Shown in pieces: positions 1 through 13,108 of a stretch of DNA of 64,000 bases. How positions within the stretch are numbered: the first letter of the stretch is position 1; each line of letters opens with the position of its first letter. Made by a program: the position numbers and the translations under genes. Below the pieces are notes generated by a model that was not told the origin of the DNA, searched no databases, and was given only the letters and a program-made list of their open reading frames with translations. Location of the stretch: positions 384,001-448,000 of the forward strand of contig CAVPLM010000003.1 of the NCBI GenBank assembly GCA_963706025.1, written 5' to 3'. This DNA comes from an uncultured Actinomycetes bacterium (lineage in GTDB: Bacteria > Actinomycetota > Thermoleophilia > RBG-16-64-13).

Positions 1-132
1 CATGATCGCTCGCGTTGGCCTCCGTGTGACAGTTAGCCCCTCTGGAGAGGCACTCCGCTAGACGCATTTTAGCCGACCGGAGGTTCCCCGAGAACTCGCC
101 ACCTCAAACTCGCCCGGTGGCGCGCCGCCACA

Positions 133-153
133 CTTGACATTATCGGACTCAGA
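133..153 (+). promoter_or_regulatory. HAIR-like HspR operator overlapping the -35 box
   Basis: CTTGACA-N7-ACTCAGA versus HAIR consensus CTTGAGT-N7-ACTCAAG (5/7 in each arm, correct spacing). hspR is in the same operon. Confidence 0.65.
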
Positions 154-162
154 TTTTATAAT
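134..162 (+). promoter_or_regulatory. sigma70/SigA-type promoter of the dnaK operon
   Basis: TTGACA at 134-139, 17-bp spacer, TATAAT at 157-162 (exact consensus). GGAGGA RBS precedes the ATG at 207. Confidence 0.9.
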
Positions 163-206
163 GCCTCCATGCTAATGCACGTGATTCGAGTTTTGGAGGA
201 TATGTA

Positions 207-2150
207 ATGGGCAAGATAATCGGCATCGACTTGGGCACGACCAACTCGGCCATGGCCGTGTTGGAAGGCGGCGAGCCGACCATCATTCCCAACGCCGAGG
301 GTGGCCGCACCACCCCGTCCGTTGTGGCTTTCACCAAGACCGGCGAACAACTGGTCGGTACCGTGGCGAAGCGCCAAGCAGTCACCAACCCTGAAAACAC
401 CGTTTTCTCCATCAAGCGCTTCATGGGTCGCAAATTCTCCAATGTAAGCGAAGAGATGAAGATCGTCCCCTACAAAGTGGTCGAAGGTCCGAATAGCGAC
501 GTGCGAGTGCAGGTCAAGGACGGGCAATTCTCTCCACCTGAGATATCGGCGAAGATCCTCCAGAAACTCAAGCGCGATGCTGAGGCCTTCCTGGGTACCG
601 AGGTGACCGAAGCGGTGATCACCGTACCGGCGTACTTCGATGATGCTCAGCGGCAGGCTACCAAAGACGCTGGGATCATCGCCGGCCTGGAGGTCAAGCG
701 GATTGTCAACGAGCCTACCGCTGCCTCTCTGGCCTACGGGCTCGACAAAGAGCACGAGCAGACCGTCCTGGTGTTCGACCTGGGCGGCGGCACCTTCGAC
801 GTCTCCATCCTGGAGTTGGGCGACGGGGTCTTCGAGGTCAAATCCACGAACGGTGACACCCATCTGGGCGGCGACAACTTCGACAAGGCCGTGGTGGATT
901 GGATCGTGACCGAGTTCCGGAAAGAGAAGGGTGTCGATCTGACCAAAGACCGTCAGGCCCTGCAACGCCTCTACGAAGCGGCCGAGAAGGCCAAGGTCGA
1001 GTTGTCCTCGGTGCTCGAGACAAGCATCAACCAGCCCTTCATCACGATGGATCAGAGCGGGCCGCTCCACCTGGAGATGACTCTCTCCCGAGCTAAGTTG
1101 GAGGAACTCACGCGAGAACTGCTCGACCGGGTGGTCGGTCCCACCAAACAGGCCATGACGGACGCCGGCCTCAAGACCGGCGATATCGACCAGGTGATCC
1201 TGGTAGGCGGCATGACCCGCATGCCCTCGGTACAGGCGAAGGTTCGAGAACTGACCGGCAAGGAGCCGCATAAGGGCATCAACCCGGACGAGGTCGTAGC
1301 CCTGGGCGCGGCCATCCAGGGTGGGGTGCTGGCCGGCGAGGTCAAAGACATCATCCTTCTCGACGTGACTCCGCTCTCCCTGGGTATCGAGACCAAGGGC
1401 GGCGTCTTCACCCGGCTCATCGATCGGAACACGACCATCCCCACCCGCAAAGGCGAGATCTTCTCCACGGCGGAGGATGGCCAGACTTCAGTAGAGATCC
1501 ACGTGCTCCAGGGCGAACGCGACCTGGCCGCCTATAACAAGACCCTGGGCAAATTCCAGCTCATGGGGATTCCGCCCGCTCCACGGGGCATCCCGCAGAT
1601 CGAGGTGACCTTCGACATCGACGCCAACGGCATCACCCATGTCTCGGCGAAAGATCTCGCCACCGGCAACGAGCAGAAGATCGTGATCAAGAGCTCGAGC
1701 GGCTTGAGCGACGACGAGATCAAGCAGATGATGCGTGACGCCGAGGTCAACGCCGAGGAAGACCGTAAGAAGAAGGAACTGGTCGACGCCAAGAACCAGG
1801 CGGAGCATCTGATCTACTCCACAAGGAAGTCGCTCAAGGACTTCGGAGACAAGGTAGACGGCGCCGCCCGCGGCGACATAGAGAACGCCTTGAGAGATCT
1901 AGAAGAAGCCATCAAGGGCGACAACATCGACCTTATCCGGAGCCGGATGAACACCCTTCAGGAAGCCGCGTACAAGCTCTCCGAGGCGGCTTACCAAGCA
2001 GCGCAAGCGCAGTATGCGGGCAGCGCAGGCGGTGGCGGCGGTGGCGGCGGCGGCGGCGCAGCGGGCGGCTCTGAGGGCGCCGGCTCGGGCCCGGCCGAGG
2101 ACGAAGTGGTCGAAGAGGCCGATTACGAGGTCATCGACGAAGACAAATAG
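207..2150 (+). CDS. dnaK: Chaperone DnaK (Hsp70)
   Basis: [39 protein letters not shown] and [15 protein letters not shown] motifs; Gly-rich acidic C-terminal tail. Confidence 0.99.
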   Translation: MGKIIGIDLGTTNSAMAVLEGGEPTIIPNAEGGRTTPSVVAFTKTGEQLVGTVAKRQAVTNPENTVFSIKRFMGRKFSNVSEEMKIVPYKVVEGPNSDVRVQVKDGQFSPPEISAKILQKLKRDAEAFLGTEVTEAVITVPAYFDDAQRQATKDAGIIAGLEVKRIVNEPTAASLAYGLDKEHEQTVLVFDLGGGTFDVSILELGDGVFEVKSTNGDTHLGGDNFDKAVVDWIVTEFRKEKGVDLTKDRQALQRLYEAAEKAKVELSSVLETSINQPFITMDQSGPLHLEMTLSRAKLEELTRELLDRVVGPTKQAMTDAGLKTGDIDQVILVGGMTRMPSVQAKVRELTGKEPHKGINPDEVVALGAAIQGGVLAGEVKDIILLDVTPLSLGIETKGGVFTRLIDRNTTIPTRKGEIFSTAEDGQTSVEIHVLQGERDLAAYNKTLGKFQLMGIPPAPRGIPQIEVTFDIDANGITHVSAKDLATGNEQKIVIKSSSGLSDDEIKQMMRDAEVNAEEDRKKKELVDAKNQAEHLIYSTRKSLKDFGDKVDGAARGDIENALRDLEEAIKGDNIDLIRSRMNTLQEAAYKLSEAAYQAAQAQYAGSAGGGGGGGGGGAAGGSEGAGSGPAEDEVVEEADYEVIDEDK

Positions 2151-2160
2151 GGTGCAAAAC

Positions 2161-2253
2161 CCGTTCGCCCCGCGCTGGTGGCGAGCGGACAACAGTAGAC
2201 TGACCGGCCGCCCCAGCGGCGGCCGGACCGTGCCCCACAGGAGGTGGGCGCGG
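2161..2253 (+). other. Three consecutive GC-rich stem-loops between dnaK and hsp20
   Basis: CCGTTCGCC/GGCGAGCGG (2161-2188), CCGGCCGCC/GGCGGCCGG (2204-2226), CCGTGCCCCAC/GTGGGCGCGG (2228-2253). Confidence 0.6.
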
Positions 2254-2277
2254 CGGAAAGAACAGGGAGGTACAGAA

Positions 2278-2760
2278 ATGGCATTGGTAAGGTGGGATCC
2301 GTTCCGCGATCTGACGGCGCTTCAGACAGAGGTGAACCGCTTGTTCTCCCGGGCCGGAACCGGCGACATGGCCGAGCGCCAGTCCTGGACGCCTTCGATC
2401 GACGTGATCGAGACCGATGACGCCATCAAGCTCAAAGCGGAGCTTGCCGGTTTGGAGCCGGACGACATCAACATCGAGGTCCAAGACAACGTCCTCACCA
2501 TGAGCGGCGAGCGCCGCTTCCAAGAGGAAGTGAGAGAAGACAAGTACTATCGGATCGAGCGGCGCTACGGTTCGTTCAGCCGCTCGATAGCTCTTCCTCA
2601 AACGGTGGATGAGAGCAAGATCGAAGCCAAGTACGAAAACGGGGTGCTCGAGGTCTCGGTGCCCAAAGCCGAGATCGCGAAGCCCAAGAAGATCACGGTA
2701 GCCGTGGGCGGAGAGACCCAGAAGACGGTCGAGGCCAGGGCCACCGAGGGCGAGGCGTAG
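2278..2760 (+). CDS. Small heat-shock protein (Hsp20/alpha-crystallin family)
   Basis: MALVRWDPF start with GGGAGG RBS; IERRYGSFSRSIALP and AKYENGVLEVSVPK motifs. The ORF-track start at 2014 is an upstream extension. Confidence 0.96.
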   Translation: MALVRWDPFRDLTALQTEVNRLFSRAGTGDMAERQSWTPSIDVIETDDAIKLKAELAGLEPDDINIEVQDNVLTMSGERRFQEEVREDKYYRIERRYGSFSRSIALPQTVDESKIEAKYENGVLEVSVPKAEIAKPKKITVAVGGETQKTVEARATEGEA

Positions 2761-2780
2761 ACGAAAGACGACTCATGTCG

Positions 2781-2805
2781 GGGCGGCGGCCGCAGGCCGC
2801 CGCCC
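2781..2805 (+). terminator. Perfect 11-bp hairpin after hsp20 (terminator or mRNA stabiliser)
   Basis: GGGCGGCGGCC-GCA-GGCCGCCGCCC; no U-tract. Confidence 0.5.
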
Positions 2806-2858
2806 GCCCCGCCAAGCGCAAAGTAGTGGAAGATAGGCGAGAGACGAGAGACAGGCTC

Positions 2859-3629
2859 ATGACTACCAGCAGACGGCGTATCCCGATCAACAATCATGCG
2901 TTCGCGAACCACGCGGCCACGGGCTCGGCCTCGAGCTATGCACACGCGTCCAAGCCTCAGGTGCCTGAGGCCACATCCTCTGGGGCCACGGGACCCGCCT
3001 TCCCGGGAAACGGGCCGGACGTCGCTCCGGGGCCCACGGGAGCTGAGGCGACGGAGCCCCAGATGCAGCGGTCTCATAGCAAGGGACCGCACGCCCCGGA
3101 CCCGCGCCTCGCGGAGCTGCAGGCTGCCGAGACGCTCCTGATCGAAGCACAAGCCGAGCTGGACAAGGTGACCGAGGAACGGGACGCTTTGACCGAATCG
3201 GTGCTGCGGCTGCGGGCCGAGTTTGAGAACTACCGCAAAAGGGCTACCCGCGAGCTGGTTCAAGCGCGGGATCGAGCTCAAGGAGAATTGCTCAGCGAGC
3301 TGCTACCGGTGTTGGACAATCTGGAGCGCGCCCTCGAGGCGGCCGAGCATCACGAAGAGGGCAAAGTGCTGGGCGGTGTACGGATGACCCGGGACATGTT
3401 CGCGGACCTGCTACGGCGTTCAGGAGTCGAGGAGATCGAGACCGTGGGCGTCAGGTTCGACCCTGTCGTCCACGAAGCTATGCTTCTGCAGCCCTCCGAT
3501 AGCGATGAGGGCATCGTGACCGCCGTGCTGGAGCGCGGATATCGACAGGGGGAACACGTTCTGCGGCCGGCGAGAGTGGCGGTATCCTCGGGACCCGGTG
3601 CCCCGGTCGGATCAGGCACCGCCGGGTAG
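2859..3629 (+). CDS. grpE: Nucleotide exchange factor GrpE with a long disordered N-terminus
   Basis: RLRAEFENYRKR, LLPVLDNLERAL, FDPVVHEA and GYRQGEHVLRPARVAV motifs. Start uncertain (2775 or 2859). Confidence 0.96.
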   Translation: MTTSRRRIPINNHAFANHAATGSASSYAHASKPQVPEATSSGATGPAFPGNGPDVAPGPTGAEATEPQMQRSHSKGPHAPDPRLAELQAAETLLIEAQAELDKVTEERDALTESVLRLRAEFENYRKRATRELVQARDRAQGELLSELLPVLDNLERALEAAEHHEEGKVLGGVRMTRDMFADLLRRSGVEEIETVGVRFDPVVHEAMLLQPSDSDEGIVTAVLERGYRQGEHVLRPARVAVSSGPGAPVGSGTAG

Positions 3630-4766
<1,137 letters not shown>

Positions 4767-4816
4767 GCAGGGAGGACCGGGGATGACCATGCGACTTAAT
4801 CTGACGGAGGCCGCAC

Positions 4817-5248
4817 ATGGCGTTTGAAGACAAGATGAGGCCGGTGTTCATGATCTCGGTGGCCGCTGAACTGGCCGAGATGCACCCGCAGACGTTGCGT
4901 ATGTACGAACGGCGGGGCTTGATCCGTCCCCGGCGGTCCTCGAAGAGCACTCGCCTGTATTCTATGGACGATGTGGACAAGCTTCGTCGCATCCAGCAGC
5001 TGGTGGCTGAATGCGGTCTCAATCTGGCTGGAGTGGAACGGGTCCTCGAGATGGAGGAGCAGTTGGTCACACTGCAAAGGCGGCTTGACCAGCTGGAGGC
5101 CGAGATGGACCGTCTGAGCGCACAGGCAGGGGAGGAACTGGAAGCAGTGCATCGTAGCTACCGCAAAGAGCTTGTGCCTCTCACCAGCCGGGGTGAGGTG
5201 CTGGTCGTGGCCCGCCAGCGTCGTTTCGGATCGCCGGGTTCCCGGTAG
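4817..5248 (+). CDS. hspR: MerR-family heat-shock repressor HspR
   Basis: FMISVAAELAEMHPQTLRMYERRGLIRP and GLNLAGV motifs; sits directly after dnaJ. Confidence 0.93.
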   Translation: MAFEDKMRPVFMISVAAELAEMHPQTLRMYERRGLIRPRRSSKSTRLYSMDDVDKLRRIQQLVAECGLNLAGVERVLEMEEQLVTLQRRLDQLEAEMDRLSAQAGEELEAVHRSYRKELVPLTSRGEVLVVARQRRFGSPGSR

Positions 5249-5251
5249 TTC

Positions 5252-5851
5252 TTGGCCGACGAGCTCTCATACGACGCCCAAGGGGTCGAGTCGGCTGAAG
5301 AGCCGGTAGGCGGCGAACTGCCCGCGGCTCGAGAGCAATTCTGTGCCAACCATCCTAGTCGCGCCACCATGGTGACCTGTAGCGCCTGTAGTAAGCCGCT
5401 CTGCCCCGATTGCATGGTGTACTCCGCGGTCGGCATCAAGTGCGAGGAATGCGCGCGAATGCCGCGATCGGCCCGAGTGACCCTGAGTGGCAGGCGCCTG
5501 CTGTGGGCTGTGGCGGCGGGCCTGTGGGCAGGCATTGCCCTTGGTTTCGCCTACTACTACATCCTCGGGAGCATCGGGTTCTTCTTCTTGTTCTTCTTCG
5601 CGGCCGCGGGCATCGGGTATCTTGTAGGCGAGGCCGTTTCAAGGGCCTCCGGCCGTTACCACGGGCTCAAGACGGCCCTGGTGGCGGCGCTCTCTACGGT
5701 GTGGGCCTTCTTGCTGCCACCGGTGACTGCCGCCTTCATCAGCTTCGGCGTGAGCTGGGATATAGTCGTGTTCACCCTTTCGACCCGCGGGGTCATCAAC
5801 TGGGTCGTGATGGCTTTTGCCGCCTACCTGGCCTGGTCGCGGAACCGGTGA
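5252..5851 (+). CDS. Membrane protein with N-terminal B-box-like zinc finger
   Basis: CANHPSR...CSACSKPLCPDC...CEEC followed by several hydrophobic helices; starts 3 nt after the hspR stop. Confidence 0.75.
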   Translation: MADELSYDAQGVESAEEPVGGELPAAREQFCANHPSRATMVTCSACSKPLCPDCMVYSAVGIKCEECARMPRSARVTLSGRRLLWAVAAGLWAGIALGFAYYYILGSIGFFFLFFFAAAGIGYLVGEAVSRASGRYHGLKTALVAALSTVWAFLLPPVTAAFISFGVSWDIVVFTLSTRGVINWVVMAFAAYLAWSRNR

Positions 5852-5999
5852 TCGTCGAGCGGTCGACGCAATGCCTGCGCAGTGGCGTGTCGCCCCGTGG
5901 GCCTGGCACTCTCATATGTAGAGTGCCAGCCGAAACCCTGCACAGCCGGCGCGTTTTTCGCTATACTTTGGCGGCGATGGATCAGGAGGTCTAGTAGCC

Positions 6000-6335
6000 T
6001 TGCCTACGTATGAGTATCGTTGCGTTTCGTGTGAGCATCAGTTCGAACGCTTCCAGCGGATGTCCGATGACCCGGTGAAAGAGTGCGAGGTCTGTGGGTC
6101 GTCCGTCAAGCGGCTGCTTTTCCCCGTGGCCATCCATTTCAAGGGTAGCGGGTTCTATAGCACCGACTACGCGCGGCGGAACGCCCTTGGCTCGGCAGGC
6201 ACCCACGCCGCGAACGGGAGCGGGTCCGAAAGCTCGTCGACATCAGACAGTGCTGCTTCCAACGACGGAGTCAAGTCCGCGGAGCCGCAGTCGAGCCCCT
6301 CGACCGTAGCCACCGCGGCCGCCAAGAACGACTGA
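6000..6335 (+). CDS. FmdB-family zinc-ribbon protein
   Basis: MPTYEYRCVSC...CEVCG...FKGSGFYSTDY; Ser/Ala-rich tail; GGAGG RBS. Confidence 0.9.
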   Translation: MPTYEYRCVSCEHQFERFQRMSDDPVKECEVCGSSVKRLLFPVAIHFKGSGFYSTDYARRNALGSAGTHAANGSGSESSSTSDSAASNDGVKSAEPQSSPSTVATAAAKND

Positions 6336-6352
6336 GTCCGTTTCCGCCCGCC

Positions 6353-7219
6353 ATGCCCGGTAGGGACGCAGAGGACTGCGCATTGGTCGGCTTCGGTCCC
6401 TCGCGCCCACTGATCGTCCTCACCAATGACGATGGGGTTTGGTCGCCCGGCCTGGCCGTGCTGAAGGCTTCTCTGGACCCCTTAGGCGAGATCCGCATCG
6501 TAGCCCCCGACCAGAACCGCTCGGGGGCCGCGAGGAGCATCACCATGCACTCCCCGCTCTGCGTGGAGGAGGTGGAGCTTCCCGACGGAACCCTGGCCTA
6601 CAGTACCGACGGCACTCCAGTAGATTGCGTACGCATGGCGGTCCTCGGCCTGCTCGACCGCACGCCCGACCTCATCGTCTCCGGGATAAACCTGGGCGGC
6701 AACATGGGTGACGACATCACCTACTCGGGTACCGTGGCCGCCGCTTTGGAGGGCATCATGCTGGATATCCCCGCGGTCGCGCTCTCGGCCGAGGGTTACC
6801 ATCCTGGTTATGATCTGTCGGTGCCCGCTCGTTTCGCGCACCGTCTGGTATCGGTGATGCTGGCAAGAGGTTTTCCTGCCAAGACGCTTCTCAATGTGAA
6901 CTGTCCGGACCGTCCCTGGGGAGCTTTGCGGGGCGCGCGCCTTACCACCCTCGGCAAGCGCATCTACGGTGACAAGGTGCAGTATCACGATACCCGGGAC
7001 GGCCGCCGCCGGTACTACATCTACAACGACAACCTCAGTTACCACCATGAAGCGGGTACCGATTTCGAGGCTATCGCCGGAGGCTGGGTGTCCATCACTC
7101 CCCTCCATTTCGATCTGATGTCTCACGATGCCCTCGATCGACTCCAGGGCTGGGAACAACACCTGGGTCCGTGGGGAGAGGGGCAGGCTCAGGAAGGCGA
7201 GAACGGAGGGCGACTCTGA
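6353..7219 (+). CDS. surE: 5'/3'-nucleotidase SurE
   Basis: LTNDDG, VAPDQNRSG, GTPVDCV, SGINLGGNMG, YSGTVAAA motifs. Confidence 0.96.
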   Translation: MPGRDAEDCALVGFGPSRPLIVLTNDDGVWSPGLAVLKASLDPLGEIRIVAPDQNRSGAARSITMHSPLCVEEVELPDGTLAYSTDGTPVDCVRMAVLGLLDRTPDLIVSGINLGGNMGDDITYSGTVAAALEGIMLDIPAVALSAEGYHPGYDLSVPARFAHRLVSVMLARGFPAKTLLNVNCPDRPWGALRGARLTTLGKRIYGDKVQYHDTRDGRRRYYIYNDNLSYHHEAGTDFEAIAGGWVSITPLHFDLMSHDALDRLQGWEQHLGPWGEGQAQEGENGGRL

Positions 7220-7257
7220 GCGGGCGCCCTCGTCGGGAGCGGGCCCCCGAAGGAAAC

Positions 7258-10049
<2,792 letters not shown>

Positions 10050-10072
<23 letters not shown>

Positions 10073-10880
10073 GAACGAGCCTCTCTCCGTCAGCGGTCGC
10101 TTCGAGGACTCGTTGCACTCGAGGCCGGCCCCCCTGGTCCCTTTCCATGTGGATGATCAGCGGTCCGACAGAGCGCAGGTGATCGGCCGTCTCCCTTTTC
10201 ATAGCGAGCCAGTCGGCGAGCGTGGCCTCGGGATCCGGCGTCGACACCGTCGCCAGCCCGGACGTCCCTTGGACCAGAGTCTCGAGGAACCCTGGGCCAT
10301 CTCGGCGGACCAAGTCGCGGGCTATCACCCAGTTCGGCTTCATCCCGGTGGCTTTGCGGAACACCGTGGCCCGGGCCGGGGTGCCGTGCTTCGCCGTGAG
10401 TTGCACCGTGAAGGAGCGGCCACGCAGGGCCGGCAGTTCTACTTGCCCGTCGTCGACCGTGACGATGCGCTCGTCGCGAGGCAAGAACTCGATAAGGGCG
10501 TTCATCAGGGTGGACTTTCCCACATCGGGACTGCCGCTGATGATCATGCTCCGCTTGAGTCCCAGACTGCCGTTGAAGTAGCGTGCATACCAGGGGCTAA
10601 CCGTGTTGTTGTCCACCAGGCTGCGAAGAGGCACATTGAGCACACGGTGCTCCCGGTCGGCGGCGGCGGCGGCGTACATCACCGACGTGGCAGCTTCAAG
10701 GGAGGGCGCCCGGTTGAATTGGTAGGAGTCGTAGGCATGCACCACCGCCTGGAGGAGCTGAACGATGAGCATCAGCTGGGCCCGTTCTTGCTCCGGAGGA
10801 TCCATCTCGCCGATAAGGTCGTCGGCGAGTTTCCTCAGGCGGTCCTCGTAGGCAATGAGTATCCGATCGAAAGTGGGCAC
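10050..10880 (-). CDS. Degenerate CpaF/VirB11-like P-loop ATPase
   Basis: Walker A ISGSPDVGKST and LPRDERIVTV follow the secretion-ATPase pattern; Walker B and His box have diverged. GTG start at 10880 is inferred. Confidence 0.65.
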
Positions 10881-11076
10881 TCTAGTTCTCCCGTCTTGTC
10901 GGGATGGTGCGATTCTACTCGGTCGCCGGTCTCGACGCCACGGCCTGGGCAAGGAGCACGCTGTCGGGTAGCCTGTGCTCCGGCAAACCGGGGAACGCAA
11001 GCAAGCGGCGAGACACGGTGCTGTGCGGTCCAATGTATTTCATGTATGCTTACAACTGATTTATGGGAGAGGTGAC

Positions 11077-11250
11077 ATGGATCTAGAGCAAGTCAAAGAA
11101 GCGGTCGAGCAGGCAGCGACGAACGGAGTGCTCACCTGCCACGATGCCCGCGCCCTCGCCGAACAGCTTGGAGTGGAATACTCGCTGGTGGGGCAGGCCT
11201 GCAACGAGGCGGGTATCAAGGTCCGCGCCTGCGAACTGGGCTGTTTCTGA
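11077..11250 (+). CDS. Small Cys-containing protein (57 aa) ending in CELGCF
   Basis: GGAGAGG RBS; LTCHDARALAEQLGV...GQACNEAGIKVRACELGCF resembles an uncharacterised small-protein family of anaerobes. Confidence 0.8.
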   Translation: MDLEQVKEAVEQAATNGVLTCHDARALAEQLGVEYSLVGQACNEAGIKVRACELGCF

Positions 11251-11307
11251 TAATCTCTGGCTCCGGCAGCTCTCTCCCCCACATAACGACTTTCGGGAGG
11301 ATCGGGG

Positions 11308-12264
11308 ATGAGAGTAGTCGAGAAGATGAGAGCCATGCGGTCGGACCGGCATCTGTGGCTCGCCCTATTGCTGGTGCTCGCAGTCGCCTTGGCTGTGGCT
11401 CCGCTTACCGCGGGGTGTGGTGAGGAAGAGGAGACTACGACCACAGCCGCGCAGTCGAGCACGACCGTCGCGCCTGAGACGACGACCACTGCAGCTGCCG
11501 AGACGACGACGACCGTCGCCAAATCAGACCTGGTACTAGCGTCGACCACGTCGACCCAGGACTCCGGTCTGTTCGATGTACTGATCCCTGCTTTCAGCGA
11601 AGCCTACCCGCAATACACCGTCAAAGTCGTCGCGGTGGGCAGCGGCGAGGCTCTTAAGCTTGGCGAGACAGGCGACGCCGACGTGCTTCTCGTCCACTCT
11701 CCGGCCGCCGAGGAAGAGTTCATGGCCAACGGCTACGGGGTGGAGCGCGAAGCGGTCATGTACAACGACTTCATTATCGTGGGTCCCGCGGAAGACCCCG
11801 CCAAGATCAAGGGCATGACCGACGCCTCCGATGCGTTCACGGCAATTGCCGCTGCCGAGGCTCTCTTCTTTAGCCGGGGTGACGATTCTGGCACGCACAA
11901 CAAGGAGAAAGCTGTCTGGAAAGAGGCCGGCATCACGCCCGAAGGGGATTGGTATCAGACCACCGGACAGGGCATGGGCGAGACCCTCACCATCACCGAC
12001 CAGAAGAGCGGCAACACCTTGGCCGATCGGGGCACCTACCTGTCGAAGAAGGACACGCTCTCGCTCGAGATCCTGGTGGAGGGAGACAAGGCGCTCTTCA
12101 ATCAGTACCACGTGATAACAGTGAAGGACGCGAAGAATCCGCAAGGCGGGACGGATTTCCTGAACTGGATCATCTCTCCGCCGGCGCAAGAGCTCATCGG
12201 CACCTTTGGAATCGAGGAGTTCGGCCAGCCGCTGTTCGTCCCCAACGCCGGCCAGGTCGAGTAG
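11308..12264 (+). CDS. tupA: Tungstate ABC transporter substrate-binding lipoprotein
   Basis: Lipobox TAGC, Thr-rich linker, ASTTSTQDSGL, DADVLLVH, MYNDFIIVGP and SRGDDSGTH motifs typical of TupA. Confidence 0.9.
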   Translation: MRVVEKMRAMRSDRHLWLALLLVLAVALAVAPLTAGCGEEEETTTTAAQSSTTVAPETTTTAAAETTTTVAKSDLVLASTTSTQDSGLFDVLIPAFSEAYPQYTVKVVAVGSGEALKLGETGDADVLLVHSPAAEEEFMANGYGVEREAVMYNDFIIVGPAEDPAKIKGMTDASDAFTAIAAAEALFFSRGDDSGTHNKEKAVWKEAGITPEGDWYQTTGQGMGETLTITDQKSGNTLADRGTYLSKKDTLSLEILVEGDKALFNQYHVITVKDAKNPQGGTDFLNWIISPPAQELIGTFGIEEFGQPLFVPNAGQVE

Positions 12265-12284
12265 GATAGACGGGAGGGTACAAT

Positions 12285-12318
12285 AGGGGGCGCCTCGCCA
12301 GACGGCGAGGCGCCCCCT
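12285..12318 (+). terminator. 15-bp perfect hairpin after tupA (intra-operon stabiliser or partial terminator)
   Basis: AGGGGGCGCCTCGCC-AGAC-GGCGAGGCGCCCCCT. Confidence 0.7.
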
Positions 12319-12340
12319 TCCTCACGAGGGCGATACTGAG

Positions 12341-13108
12341 TTGGGAATTTTCTGGGATTCGATAAAGCAAGCCGTCGTGCTCCTCTTCAGCGGTGACGCC
12401 TACGTCTACGAAGTCATGTGGATGTCGCTCCGGGTCGCGGGCAGCGCCACGCTCCTCGGCATGGTGGTAGGCATCCCGATAGGCTCTTGGCTGGCTGTCA
12501 AGCGTTTCTGGGGTTGGGGGACGGCGGCGACGGTTCTCAACGTGGGTCTCATGCTCCCACCCGTTGTGGTCGGGCTTTTTGTCTTTCTGCTTTTGTCCCG
12601 CCAAGGGCCGCTAGGTCCACTCGGCCTGCTCTATTCGCCGACGGCGATGATCATCGCCGAGTTCTTCATCGCCGCACCTGTCATAGCCGCCATCACCATG
12701 GGAGGAGTGGCCTCGGTCCCCAAGGACGTACGGCTGCAGGCCATGGGCTTAGGAGCGTCCCGCTGGCAGAGCACGTGGCTCGTGATACGCGAGGCCCGCG
12801 TCACTCTTCTGGCAGGGATCGTAGCCGGGTTCGGGGCGGCTATCAGCGAGGTGGGGGCCGTGATGATGGTCGGGGGGAATATCTCGATCGGCGGCAACAA
12901 CCTGACCGGCACGATGACCACAGCGACTATGGCCAAGGTGCGGCAGGGCGACTATGCCATGGCCATGGCCTTCGGCCTCATCCTGCTGTTGCTCGCGTTC
13001 GTGATCACCTTTTGCACTCACTCGTACGCAGCAGGGGATCCGGCGTCGGTGGCTGCAATCGTGACCGAGCTTGCCGCTGGGGAGGCTGCGACCAGGGGAA
13101 GAGTCTGA
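12341..13108 (+). CDS. tupB: Tungstate ABC transporter permease (probable extra T at ~13010; corrected stop at 13064)
   Basis: LPPVVVGL, LSRQGPLG and GFGAAISEVGAVMMVGGNI motifs. Removing one T gives the C-terminus TFALTRTQQGIRRRWLQS*. Confidence 0.9.
   Translation: MGIFWDSIKQAVVLLFSGDAYVYEVMWMSLRVAGSATLLGMVVGIPIGSWLAVKRFWGWGTAATVLNVGLMLPPVVVGLFVFLLLSRQGPLGPLGLLYSPTAMIIAEFFIAAPVIAAITMGGVASVPKDVRLQAMGLGASRWQSTWLVIREARVTLLAGIVAGFGAAISEVGAVMMVGGNISIGGNNLTGTMTTATMAKVRQGDYAMAMAFGLILLLLAFVITFCTHSYAAGDPASVAAIVTELAAGEAATRGRV

Noticed and set aside
1-30. Possible start of a divergent gene (CAT at 1-3 with GGAGG upstream on the minus strand)
   Set aside because: No coding sequence lies inside the window, so it cannot be supported.
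33-61. Possible CIRCE element (TTAGC...GCTAG) upstream of dnaK
   Set aside because: The span is 29 bp rather than 27 and the inner arms do not match TTAGCACTC-N9-GAGTGCTAA.
10960-11030. Possible c-di-GMP-I or Moco/Tuco riboswitch before the tup operon (GGCAAACC...ACGCAAG)
   Set aside because: Only a short CTCCGG-CAAA-CCGGGG hairpin is visible; the multi-stem architecture is missing. An Rfam cmscan would settle it.
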